From Chromera velia (Eukaryota), in the NCBI GenBank assembly GCA_018398765.1, contig JAHBMJ010000066.1, forward strand, positions 1 through 57,903: a DNA stretch of 57,903 nt, written 5' to 3'. Below, one piece after another: positions 1 through 17,526 of the stretch. A model generated the notes under the pieces. It was not told where the DNA came from. It did no database searches and worked only from the letters and a program-made list of their open reading frames with translations. The position numbers and the translations under genes were made by a program. Each line of letters starts with the position of its first letter. Within the stretch, counting starts at the first letter, position 1.

Positions 1-36
1 CACACACGCACGCACACACACACACACACACACACG

Positions 37-68
<32 letters not shown>

Positions 69-517
69 CAATAAAAGAGGGAGGGGGAGAGAGAGAGAGA
101 GAAGCGGTGCACAAAGCCATTGTGCGCAGCATGGCATCACCAGGCTCTGTGCAAACAAAACCATTCACGTAAACGTTGTCGCTTCTCCTCTCTCCCCTGG
201 TGCTTTCACTTCCTCACAATGGTCCAAAGAAACACCGGGAAAATCGAACAAACGAGGAAAAGAGCGTATCAAACGGCAAAACTTGAGAGAAAGTGGAGGA
301 GGCCCCTACAGGACGCGAAGTCTTCAGCGAACTCCGAATGCCCCGCCTGTTGTCTCTTTGTGATCTTGCTTCGCATCCGTAGAAGAGGACGCCGCTTGCT
401 ATGAAGAGGACGCTGATGTCACAGAAAGACCTCTTTGAGTTGAGCGAAAGGGGTGGACAGGCAGTGGAGGACGAGACAAGGAGAAAGAGACCATGGCAGA
501 CAGACAGACAGACAGAC

Positions 518-6020
<5,503 letters not shown>

Positions 6021-6737
6021 CCTGTCTCTCTTTCTTCTCCTTCTGATGTGCTGCCCGCCGTCCACTCGGGGAGCGGTTGAGGCAGGAGTCGGCAATAGAA
6101 AACCAGACTAGACGAGGCAAACAAACAAAGCTGCTTCTGTCAAGCGGCCACCGGGTGAGTCACACCACCGAACTCAGCTCACGCCGAATTTTTCAGTCCG
6201 TCTCCAAGCCGCCCAGCCCAACAACGAGACGCAGAAAACGTGACATGGAGGTTTTTGAAGGACGCGGTATGTGATGTCTTGTACTTTTCGGCATGTGCAG
6301 ATGCTAGAGCTTCTGGAAACTTCACAGGAGGTGAGGCAGTTACTGTCGAAACTTTTCGAACACAATGGAAGACATCCAATCCAAGGATAAGACAGCTGTA
6401 AAACGCGCCCGAGCAGGTCAGGCAAAACAGTAGCGCATGCGTGGCCCCGGAAAGTACGTGTGAAGGACTTCACTTGCATGCAAAATCCCATTGCGGTTCG
6501 CACAAAGCGCTTTCGCGGGGCGGTTCGCACTCAGCGTTCCTGCGAGTATTTTGGTTGACGGTCAACTGGACCGGAATTTAATTCTGTCAGATCCAACGGA
6601 CTACTATCTCGAACGGTCGTGTACATATATAGCAGAAACACAGCATGAGAAGATCTTAAATTGGTGACGACCGTGTCTTCAAGCTCTTAGCTTTTCTCTT
6701 CGGTAGAGCAAAAATCTGAAGCACCAGGAGACCAGAG
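6021..6737. promoter_or_regulatory. Putative bidirectional promoter/5'UTR region between argA and the lumen-protein gene
   Basis: Head-to-head start codons about 720 bp apart, no microsatellites, TATA-like CATATATAGC near 6625 and a CG-rich patch at 6505-6530. Function is inferred from position only. Confidence 0.5.
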
Positions 6738-7619
6738 ATGAAGATCAAGACTGCTTGTTTGGTGGTCGCCTGCGGTGTGACTGCTTCACATGGTTTCGTT
6801 CCCTCTTCCTCCGGCCTCCCTTCTTTTTCCTTGCCTCGAAGAAGCCGCAGACTTCTTTTGGATGGCCACCTCGTCTTACGGGCCCAAGGAGACGGCACCG
6901 CTGCGGAAGAAGAGGAAAGTTTCCCTTCCAGCACTCGGAGACACTCTGCCGTCTCCTCTCTGAAGGCCCTCCTGCTGGCTGCACTGGCTGCCAGCTCCGT
7001 AGCGGGAGGCCGAGCACACTCTGCGGATGCAGCAGAGGAGGGTGTGACAGAAGACATTCTGAAGGGGGATGTCTCTGGATACTTGGAGGACGTCAGGGAG
7101 GCAAGGGAACAATTCGGACGCATCAGAGACGTCGTTCAAAGCCCGTCTCCAGTCAGTCAGACAGGCAGGCAGTCTCCTTTAATCAGACGAGGGAGACATC
7201 AACTTCAGTATCGATCTCCTGCCTGTGGTAATTTCTGTCATCCCGTCTCTCTCACTTCGCCCGCCTGGTAACCAGTCCGTCTGAAACTCCGAAAGGTTGA
7301 GATAGAAATGCGTCCACGCATGAATCCCACAGTCCAGCTTAAGCATGCACGTCTTTCGTGGGCGTGCGTGTGCGTGTGCGTGCCAGCCTGCGTGCGCGTC
7401 TGGGCGTGTGTGCGCGAATATCTCTCTCTCTCTCTCCCCGCCCCCCCCTTTCGCCCCCCCCACTTTTTCCTACCCCCTGTCTCACATCTGTTGCGTGTGT
7501 TCGGCGGGTGGGGGGCTGTCTGTGTCTGTGCCAGTTCGCGTGCGCGTATGTGTATGTGCATGCGTGCGTGTGTGTGTGTGTGTGTGTGTGTCCGTGTGTG
7601 TGTGTGTGTGTGTGCGTGC

Positions 7620-7657
<38 letters not shown>

Positions 7658-8550
7658 GTGTATGTGTATGTGTATGTGTGTGTATGTCCGTCCGTGCGAG
7701 TGGGGGCTGGGGAGTCAAAGCAATGGACCGGTTCTAGTCTTTTGTTCGTGGTGTCTGTGCATTTCTCAAATGGCTGAGTGTGTATGATGAGGCTGCATGG
7801 AAGCGCAATTAAGCGCTCAAATGAATTCAAGCACTCTCCTCATTCTCTTCTCTCCGGACTGCACCGCCGCCCTTGTGTTTGCAGGAGCAGATTAATTCAC
7901 AAACATGTGTACACACAAACAGATACACTGTACGCATGCACAAACAGATACACACATGCATACGTACATACGCGGATTGCATGGATGTCTACATCTGCTG
8001 CCGGCAGTCAATGGTGGTGGTTTTCATATCCAGCTGCAAACACAGATTCTTCCATGCAACTTCTCTTCTCACCTGCACACGTGCGTACGCATGAATGGAT
8101 GCACGAAAACATCCACTCCTTCCGGCCTCTTTTCTCTCTCGCTGCTCGTCTGTTCCTGCCTACCTGCCTACCTGCCTGCAGGATTACAGCGCCGCCCGAC
8201 AGATGTGCAGGACCGGGGCCATGTCCCAACCTTTGCCTTCCAGCGTCCGGATCATGCAGCAGGTCCGGCCGTCGAGAGAGAAGGATCGCATTCGGGACTC
8301 TGTGGATTTTTTTGTGAAAAAACTTGACGCATGGGACCAAGACAGCCTGTACCTTTTGAGGAAACAGGAGGATTGGACTGAACAGCAGGAGAGAAACTCA
8401 AAGTTCTCGCCGTCAGAGAAGGAAAAGAAGAAATTCGATGAGCGAGTGGAGACCTGGAGGGGCGAATACGAAGAAGCAGTGTTGGCTTTTGATAAGCTGA
8501 TTGACGCTCAGGCGGTGCTCGCAAAGCTTCCGGTTCCCCTCGGACTTTAG
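6738..8550 (+). CDS. Predicted plastid thylakoid-lumen protein of unknown function (260 aa)
   Basis: Exons 6738-7151 and 8182-8550 with a phase-0 GT-AG intron. Signal peptide [20 protein letters not shown], then an S/R-rich transit-like segment, then RR + hydrophobic stretch + AxA ([30 protein letters not shown]). The mature part looks helical. Confidence 0.75.
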
Positions 8551-9679
8551 CTCGGTTAGGTGAGAGAGCGGGGGTCAGAGAGTGGCAGTATTGATTTGTT
8601 TGACCTTAATTTCTCTTCTCTTTTCTTCTTGTCGCGCGCCGGTCTTGCGAGATTGGGAAAGGGGTGGCGGTAGGGAGAGACTCGTTCGAGAGAGAGCGTG
8701 GGCCCTCCACGTAATTGGTTGTGGCGCGTCGGCTGGCTACTTAAGTTCAAGGAGGTCTTGCTGGCTTGAAGTGAATTCAAAGAAGGAAATGTGGATGTGC
8801 AAAGACGCACATCGTACAGAGATTGAGTAAAGCATGCAAGAATGAGTTCGGCTAGTAGCTTAGTGAAACAGGTTGGGAACGAGCAGTAATGAGCAGTGAA
8901 GGCCGGAGGAAGAGGGGATGAAAGCATAATTTGATGCCGGCAAAAAAGCAAAATCCGAAAAAGAAAGTTGACCTGGATTTATATGCAGATGACGATAGAT
9001 GCCAGTGACGCATTGAGGGAATTTTAAAAAGATGTATGACATTGTATATGCACATTCGCTCTCGATCCACAATAAGTCCATAAGACTCCATATGATCCTA
9101 TAGATCTAGCTATAGATATGATTCGATTTTTTTGAATAATATTATTATATTTAGTGTCACACACTGACTCACAGTCTTAGTAGCCCATGCAGAGTCTAGT
9201 TCACACTGATGCTTGTACTACTAGTAGTATATGAATGTCATTCTATGGGTCACCTAGTGGGTTACGTACCTAATTCATGTTTTTTCTGATATTGATATCA
9301 TATGAATGTCTACTTGTGTTCAATTCTATATATTTTCGCTGTTAAACCCTACTTTGAAATACCTTGAAATTGAGTTTCGAATCTTCACTTGCCCTAGCAT
9401 TTACTGCGGCTGCAACAGTATACCAGGCTGTCATAAATTGAATAAAAAGATGAGTAAAAAAAACAAACTAAAGAACAAATTAGTACTATTTTTTAATTTA
9501 CCACTACATATATTCTTGCTAAAATTTCGAAATGAGCGAATCAAGACGTATATATCTGTTTTCATGTCTGTATTATAGAGTGTATAAATTCTGATTAATT
9601 TATTATCTTATGTATATATGCACTGCCGGTGCGATCTGGACTGCACTGGCAACTTGAATGTTCACCAAGTTGACTCCAA

Positions 9680-12600
9680 CTAAATGCCAGTTTGAGACCG
9701 TGACTCCCGTTGTAAACACGAGAGAAAAGAGTCCCGAAAAGATGCTCCTGCCTCGATCTCCCCAAACCCCATCCTCTTTCTGTAATCTACCCTGTCCCCC
9801 CACTTGATGCTCTCCCTCTCTTCCCTCTGCGGATCAATTGAGAGTCGGTGCAGATCCTGACGACCAAACGCAGCCGCCCAGGAAGAGAACCCAGAGGCCC
9901 CCCAGAAGAGTTTTGCACTTTTGGACAGAATGACAAACTCCACGAATGTTGTCAGGTATTCGTTCGGGTCCTTCAGTGCAGTCTTGTCTAGGTGCACTGC
10001 CGCTAGCTGGGTGCTCTTGCATCTGACCAGCTCTTGTGCTTGTACACGTGCCTGCAGTGAGGGGGTCCAATTTAAGGATACAATCCAAAACGCGATGCGC
10101 ATTCAAGAGTACGTGTCTTTCGTCTGCTTGTTCATCAGAGTCTTGGGTCCACGTACTGCAGACGGGGCTCATAAAGAAAAAGAGAAAAGGATTTTTCAAA
10201 CAGCTCAGATCGTCAGTCGCCTCAGACCAGCTTCCATGCATGTGGACACGAATGGATGAGACAGACAGAGAGACAGACAGACAGGCAGACAATATGTTTC
10301 TTCTTCTCCTTTCTCTTCAGACAGACAGACTATATGTTTCTTCTTCTTCTCCCTCTTTTTCTTCATGAACACAACAGACAAAAAGAAAGAAAGAACAACA
10401 CAGACAGACAGACAGACAGACAGTCTATATGACAGACAGACAGACAGACAGACAGAAAGAAAGAAAGAAAGAAACAAATCGAGAGGGAGAGAACAAGAGA
10501 GAAAGAGAGAACAAGGAAGGAAGGAGGGAAGGAGGAAGGAAGCAAGGAAGGAAGAAAGAAGGAAAAACAGAAAGGAAGAGCCGAAAGGCGAAGAAGAAGG
10601 CAAAGTAGAATGACGAAAGCGCTGATGCAGTAAGAAGGAAGCAAAAAAAAAACGTCCGTGAAGAAATCCAGATGTCCCCAGCTGAACAGGACTTCTCAAT
10701 AAACCAGATAATGTACACCCCCTGTATTCTGATCGATCCTCTTTCTCCTGAGACTTCCTTCCATCATGCACTTTTCAGAAAACGCTCATTCTATGTTGAA
10801 CATCATCTCCTCCCCATAACCGAATGCTGCTCGTCTCATAGCCCGTGCTTTTCCTTTTCTTCTGGGTTTTTCTGTTCCCTCATTCTTCACAAAAAACCCA
10901 CACACGCACGCACTCACCCGTCTCACCCATGATCGATTCTTCCTTGTAGTGTTGGATTCGAAAAGAGAAGAGAAGAGAAGAGAAAAGAAGAAACAAAAGG
11001 GAGGGAGATCTTTCTTCTTCTGCAGCCTTCCTTTGCCGCTTCTGGTGTAATGAAACGAAACGAAACGAAGCAGGAGGGGCGATCGACCTCAAGGGTCCCT
11101 CCAAACTCGTTTATTTATGCGTTTGTTCAGTCCTCTTCTCTTCTCTTCTCTTCTCTCACTTTTGTGCCGCCATGCATCATTCTGTTAATTCGACCCCAAA
11201 CCTTTAATCTGTACGAATCGAGTGGCATTCGACCGATCATGCATGGAACATTACTATTGAAAAAACATGCAGTATACCCTACCAATAACTAACCTGTAAT
11301 TCTGGATTGTCGGTCATCAACAAAATTGGAGTGCCCTTGATGCTCTCATCTCCATACACCAAATCCATCGCGCTCTTGACCACCGACTCGTGCGTCACGT
11401 TCCCGTGTCTGTTCTCTTGGTTCGCGTCGTTCGTTTCACCCTTGGCGCCTCCCAAACGGAGGTGCACGGCCGCATACCGGGCCGAGGGGGCGCCGAACAT
11501 GTTGGAGATATGGGTCTCTGCGTTCCTCAGCACTGTGGGTGAGGGCTTGAAGGTGCCCTGCAGGGAAGCAGTCAGTCAGTCAGTCAGTCAGCCTTTCACG
11601 CGTGTTGTCTGTTTGTTTGTTTGTTTTTGTGTTGCGGCTGAAAGAAACTGTTTGAAAGAAAAGTGCCCGTCTGAGGAGAGGGGGGGACACTGACTGAAGG
11701 AATGCTCTCCGCATTCAGCGCAGCATTGACTTTACTTATGGGACGCCCTGGCCCTTGTGCGGGAAGAAAACGGGGAGCGCAGGGGCATCGGGGGGACGAT
11801 TTGCATTGGGGGGAGGGGAGTTCAACATGAGCAGATGGATAAAGCGCGCGAAAGCCAGGAAACGAGAAGGGAAGGAAAGGGAAACAAGCTCAATGAAAAC
11901 TTCAGGTGTAGAACAGAAGGGNNNNNNNNNNNNNNNNNNNNNNNNNNNNNNNNNNNNNNNNNNNNNNNNNNNNNNNNNNNNNNNNNNNNNNNNNNNNNNN
12001 NNNNNNNNNNNNNNNNNNNNNNNNNNNNNNNNNNNNNNNNNNNNNNNNNNNNNNNNNNNNNNNNNNNNNNNNNNNNNNNNNNNNNNNNNNNNNNNNNNNN
12101 NNNNNNNNNNNNNNNNNNNNNNNNNNNNNNNNNNNNNNNNNNNNGGGACGGACCGACCTGTACGAGACAGCGCAGGTATTTGACGTCAATTTTTTCCGAT
12201 TCCCCGAACAGAGACCGGGTCGACGGCGTGTTAGCCCCCATGAACAAAACTTGCGGGAGGTCCGCCATCTGGCTGTTCACTGGTTTCCCCCTGTCCAGTC
12301 TCTTCTCATCCATCAACCGAAACCTGCACTCCTCCTCAGGATCCCAACAAGTGTCTACCGCATACACGTACGATATCGGTTTCCTGTAGATTACCTCTCG
12401 GAGCTCTGACGATACTCGCCAGTCAAATGCAGCCGGCTCGAAGAAAAACTCCAAAGGAGCCGGTCTGTCCCAGTCAATCAGAAACACCCGACCGGCCAGG
12501 TGCGCTAGACGGAGAAGAAAAAAAATTCCGTTCAAACGATCACCAAGGCCTCCACAGAAGAGGTCTGGACTGAACTCCTCCCCCTTCTTACAGCTGTACA

Positions 12601-12967
12601 CCAGATATTTGGCATCCTTCTTTCCCCGCATCTGTCTATGAAACAGAAGATAGTCAAGGAACCAAGAAGGGCACCCAATTCTCTTCGCCTCTCCGGGAGT
12701 GCAAGAAATTTGGGGGAGCTCAAGAGGCCTCTGATCTAACCGACGAGGCAGAGGAACGAACCCCTCGACATCCCAGGAACGTTTCTTGGCGTAAAGAATC
12801 GAGTGGAGCCACAAAGACCCGGCCATCATCAGAGAGAAGATGGAGACGAAGAAACATAAAATCATGCGTTTGCGTTTTGTGGTGTCCATGCTTGCGCGCC
12901 GGAACTCAAGCTGTCGAAGACGGACAAAGTGCTCCAGGCCTCGCAAGAAGCCTTTCGACCTCGCCAT
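9680..12967 (-). CDS. Type II membrane GT-B fucosyltransferase-like glycosyltransferase (481 aa)
   Basis: Exons 12967-12158, 11557-11294 and 10051-9680, all phase 0. N-terminal TM helix ILCFFVSIFSLMMAGSLWL. Motifs CGGLGDRLNG, AAVHLRLG, LLMTDN and EFVILSKSAKLFWGASGFSSWAA match the shared GDP-fucose-binding motifs of alpha-1,2, alpha-1,6 and O-fucosyltransferases. An assembly gap lies inside intron 1. Confidence 0.78.
11922..12143. other. Assembly gap (N run) in intron 1 of the fucosyltransferase-like gene
   Basis: Run of N bases. Confidence 0.99.
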
Positions 12968-13705
12968 CCTGCTACTTTCTCTCCCTCCCTCTCGCTCGCT
13001 CGCTTGCTCGCTCGCTCTTCTTCAGGCTATCAGTCTCTCATGCAGTCAGCCACTCAGCGACTCAACCGCTTGCCTCGTCCCTTTGGTCCCTGTGCACAGG
13101 ATGTTGATGATCTGGTCGCGGTACAAGATGCTCTGTTCTTTTTATGCAAAGCATGCCGGTGGGAGAGAAGATCCCCAAACTTGTATATAAGGAGGAGACG
13201 GAATTGATGATGATGATCGAACAGCTGAGTGATCGACGGGACGCTAGCTCACAACTCAGAATGACTCAGACTGACGGTCTCGCGGTCACGCGCGGTCCAT
13301 CGCGGTCCAGGTGAAATCTCTTTAAGTGCCCCTCAAGCAGTTCAGGCCTTTGCGGGGCCAGACATGGGCCCCGGCAGACATGCACTGAGAGAGCTAGGAA
13401 TGGAGTCTTCAAACGAAGTTCGAAGCTGCCGTGCGCCTTGCAATGAAGTCACCTCCATGGCAAAAGAAAACGCTGACACCACGGTGAAGTATCGATGGGA
13501 CTGCTGGTGGTATAGATCTTGCAAGAGCAAAACGTGAAGTGTGAGGCCCCTGCCTTCGTTGGAAGTGTGACTTGGTGCGGAGACGGAGACGTCCGGACCT
13601 TACTGGTTGCTGGTGTCTCGTGTCCGGCTGTGAAGGCGGTGCCAATTTGAGTGTGCTCTAACCTGCTTGTGCTGGTCGATCTCTCGTCTTGTAAGATCTT
13701 CTGAA
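12968..13705. promoter_or_regulatory. Putative bidirectional promoter/5'UTR region between the glycosyltransferase and hemE
   Basis: Divergent start codons about 740 bp apart, TATATAA at about 13184, and three CGCGGTC repeats at 13281-13307. Confidence 0.5.
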
Positions 13706-14328
13706 ATGGGAGTGATGATGCGGGCACTTGGCTCTCTTGCCGTCTCGCTCTTCCTCTCTTCTTCATCTGCATTCCGTCTCTCCGTCTCCTCCCTCCCGTC
13801 TCCTGTGTCAAGCCAAGAGACCAAGCGTGCGCAAGGCAGCCAACCCAGAAGCTGTCTGAGCATGTCGGGAACATTGAAGAACGACTTGATGCTCAGAGCT
13901 GCCAGGGGAGAGACGGTGGAGCGAACTCCCGTATGGCTGTTCAGGCAGGCAGGCCGACACCTGCCAGAGTACAATGAGTACAAAAAGCAGAAGGGCAAGA
14001 ACTTCCTCCAACTCCTCAACGACCCAGAGGACGTCGCTGAGGTCACCCTGCAACCCATTCGAAGGTCCGTTTGTATGGGGGGTGTCCTCGAGGGAGTGTA
14101 TGACTGACTGAGTGAGTGTGTATGTCTCCGGCTCTCTGTCTCTGTCTCTCTGTCTCTGTCTCCGTCTGTCTCTGTCTCCGTCTGTCTCTGTCTCTGTCTG
14201 TCTTTGTCTCTGTCTCCGTCTGTCTCTCAGTCTCTCTTCGTCTCTCTGTCTCTCTGTCTCTTTGTCCCTCTCTCTCTCCCTGCCTCTCGCCCCCTCTCTC
14301 TCTCTGTCTCTCTCTGTCTCACTCTTTC

Positions 14329-14366
<38 letters not shown>

Positions 14367-14743
14367 TGTATGTGAGCGTGTCCGAGTGCAAGAGTGAGTG
14401 AGTTCGTTTGTCCATCAATCAATCAATCAATCTGCAGGTATGACGTTGATGCGGCAATTTTGTTTTCTGACATTTTGGTGGTCCTCCAGGCGTTCGGGTT
14501 TGATGTGGAGATGCCGGGAGGGAGGGGCATCACCGTGCCCTCTCCTCTAGCAGACGTGGAGGACTTCAGGAGAAGATTCCCCAGCAGTGACGAGGTGGAC
14601 GTCCAAATGAAGCTGGGGCATGTGCTGGAGAGTGTGTCACTGATCAAGGAGAGACTGGAAGGGCAAGTGCCGTTGATTGGATTCTCAGGTATGTATTCTG
14701 TCTTCTTCCTCTCTCTCTGTTTGTCTCTCTCTCCCTCTCTCTC

Positions 14744-14818
<75 letters not shown>

Positions 14819-17011
14819 GTGTGTATCTCTGTCTGTTTGTCTGTCTCTCCGCGTTTCGAAAAGAAAACGAAAGAAAAAGGGGGAAAAAAATGTCATATAA
14901 GTTGTCTCTCGATCCGCCCGCCCGTCTGGAGTTAATTCTTGCCCTCCAACTTTGTAGATACAGATTGATGCTCGTTTGTATCCGTCTCCGGACATAGAGG
15001 CGGATTGGTGGATCGCTGTCTGCTTCTGTTTTTCTTTCGCTCTTTGCTTTCATCGTCCCTTTTCTTCCTCTTGCCCTTTCGACGTCCCGTCCTTGCTTGT
15101 CAGCTTCCTGGCTGCATGGGTTATCTCCCTCCATTGCGGCAATCGGTGTGCCTAGAGAGGACGACCAACCCGGCGACAAGGGGAAAAAAACAGCAGACAT
15201 GACTTAGAAGACAGAAAGGGAAGGGCTGGCGCACCGCATTCATTCCTCTGCTTGCCATCGTCCTGTCTGCCTGTCTCTATATCTTTCTATCAACATCGAT
15301 TGATCCGTCTGAGTATCTGCCCTTCTCTCAACCCGTCTGATCGTCTGACTGTCTGTGTGCCTGTCTGGGTGTCTGCCCTTCTCTCTACCTGTCTGATCGT
15401 CTGACTGTCTGTGTGCCTGTCTGGGTGTCTGCGCTTCTCTCTACCTGTCTGTCTGCCTGTGTGCCTCCCTGCAGGTGCTCCGTGGACTTTGATGTTTTAC
15501 CTCGTCGGTGGAAGCAGCAAGCAGAACACCGACAGAGGGCGTCAGTGGCTGGAGAGACACCCCGAGGAGAGCAGAAAGATCATCAACGGGTTGACTGACG
15601 TCGTCATCGAATACCTTTCTGCACAGGTCGGTGGGACGGAGGCAGGCAGGATGGCTGGCAGGAAGGGAGAGAGTGAGGCTTCCTTCTTCCTTCACTGCAG
15701 TGGAGGACCTGCATGACAAGACAGACCAAAGAGAATATATGGAATTCAAGCGAGGCACAAGTATGAAGGAACCAATCAATGCTGTGTGCGTGGGATACAC
15801 TTTGAAAAACAAAAATCTTTTCCGGGGGATTGTGGAAGGAGTGCCCGTGCCCCTGCCGCGCTGGGCTTCCAAGGAATTGCCGGCCGTGCCTGCAGGCCTA
15901 GCTGTTCGTCGGAAGGCAAAGGGGGTAGGTCTATTTCTTAACCGTTCCGCCCCGTGCCCCCCCCGTCTGCCCTTGAAATGCCGCGTTTGATTGGTCGGAC
16001 GAATCATGGAGCTAGTAGAGAGACTTGTTGAAACTCAGAGAAACTTAGGACGGAAGGCACATTATATTTGTATCTTCCACCTCACTTAATGCCATTGAAT
16101 GTTGATTGATTCTCCCTCCCTCCGTGCAGGTCGAGAGGGGCGCCGACATGCTGCAGGTGTTCGAGGCCATGGGAGACTTCTTGAGTCCCTCTCAGTTCGA
16201 GGAGTTCGCCCTGCCGTCTCTGGAGAGAATCGCAAGAGAATTGAAGAAGAGACACCCCCAGGTCCCCCTGTTGGTCTTTCCAAGAGGGGCGTGCTACGCC
16301 ATCGCGACACTTCAGGTTTGTTTGTACCACGGCAGAGTGGGATTAAAGAAAGAGACCCATGCAGTCATGCAGAAAGGTACAGATTATTGGGGGGAGGAGA
16401 AGGCTGCATGCGCATTGGCGAGCCTCCGGAGCGTCATCCCAAATATGATCTTTGTTTGTCATTTGAAGCTAGAGAGACCAAGCGTAGGAAAGATCCATCC
16501 ATCTATCCATCTTCTTCTTCTCTGTATCTACACTGCCATGCAGCCGCTCATATGGGCCATGCATCCCGGAGGGCCCTTGATTTTCTGGTGTAAGAAGTCC
16601 TGAAGCGGTGTGAACTCTGTGTATCGGATAGTAGATAGAATGAGTGTACATACACAGGCGCTTCTTTCATAATTTCAAACTGTAAGCAACACTGCCTGCC
16701 ACCATTGGCCTAGCTTTGTGGTCGGAGCGATTGGATTGCCTCTGGGTGTATACATGTGGATGTATGTGTTGCAGGAATGTGGGTATGACGTTGTGACTCT
16801 AGACACGGCGACTGACAGGATGAGCGCACGGGCAGACCTGAGTCGAGCAGCTCGGGAGTCGGGACTTGGGAAGCCCGCACGGGTACAGGGGAACTTTCCT
16901 GTCGGGTTGCTGCAGGTAGGTAGGCACGTCGGTTTGGTCTTTCGGTGTCGCATTCTTTCTTTCATTCCTTCCTTTCATTCCTTCCTTCCTTTCCTTCTTG
17001 TTTTCTTTCTT

Positions 17012-17068
<57 letters not shown>

Positions 17069-17526
17069 CTTTTCTTTTGTTCTGCATGTCTCTCGCTTCT
17101 GTTTGTCTTTTTTTTCTTTCTTCCTTTCTTTCTTCCTGTTTGTCGCTTCTCGTTTTCTTTCTGTGCACATCAGTGTGGGCAGACGTGAAGCTGGTCTTCT
17201 CTCTCTCTTAGCAGTAGCGTCACGTCACGAACTGTAAGATAAGTTTTTAGACGAACAGAATAGAAGGTATTTGAATGACTGTTTTCTGTACTCTGAGTTC
17301 GCAGAGAAGGGATGGCGTGTCGCTGGAAGAGGACATAGAGAGAGTGCGGGCGGAGGCGGAGAGGATGCTGGAGCAGTTGGGGACCCAGGGGTTGATTGCG
17401 AACCTGGGGGAGGGGTTGACAGGGAAAGAGTCCCCTGCTTTGGTTGAAAGTCTGGTGAATAGTTTGCACTCGGCGTCAGAGAAAATGATCGGGTCGTCCC
17501 TTGCCGTGCCTTTGCAAGCAAAGTGA
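13706..17526 (+). CDS. hemE: Uroporphyrinogen decarboxylase with plastid-type bipartite presequence (436 aa)
   Basis: Exons 13706-14064, 14438-14688, 15475-15626, 16130-16315, 16775-16915 and 17305-17526, total 1311 nt. Motifs [58 protein letters not shown] and IANLGEG. Signal peptide ends SSSA|F. The start could instead be 13715 or 13718. Confidence 0.95.
15305..15450. repeat. About 56-bp tandem repeat (about 2.5 copies) in hemE intron 2
   Basis: The unit CTGCCCTTCTCTC...GTCTGATCGTCTGACTGTCTGTGTGCCTGTCTGGGTGT repeats with a 56-bp period. Confidence 0.8.
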
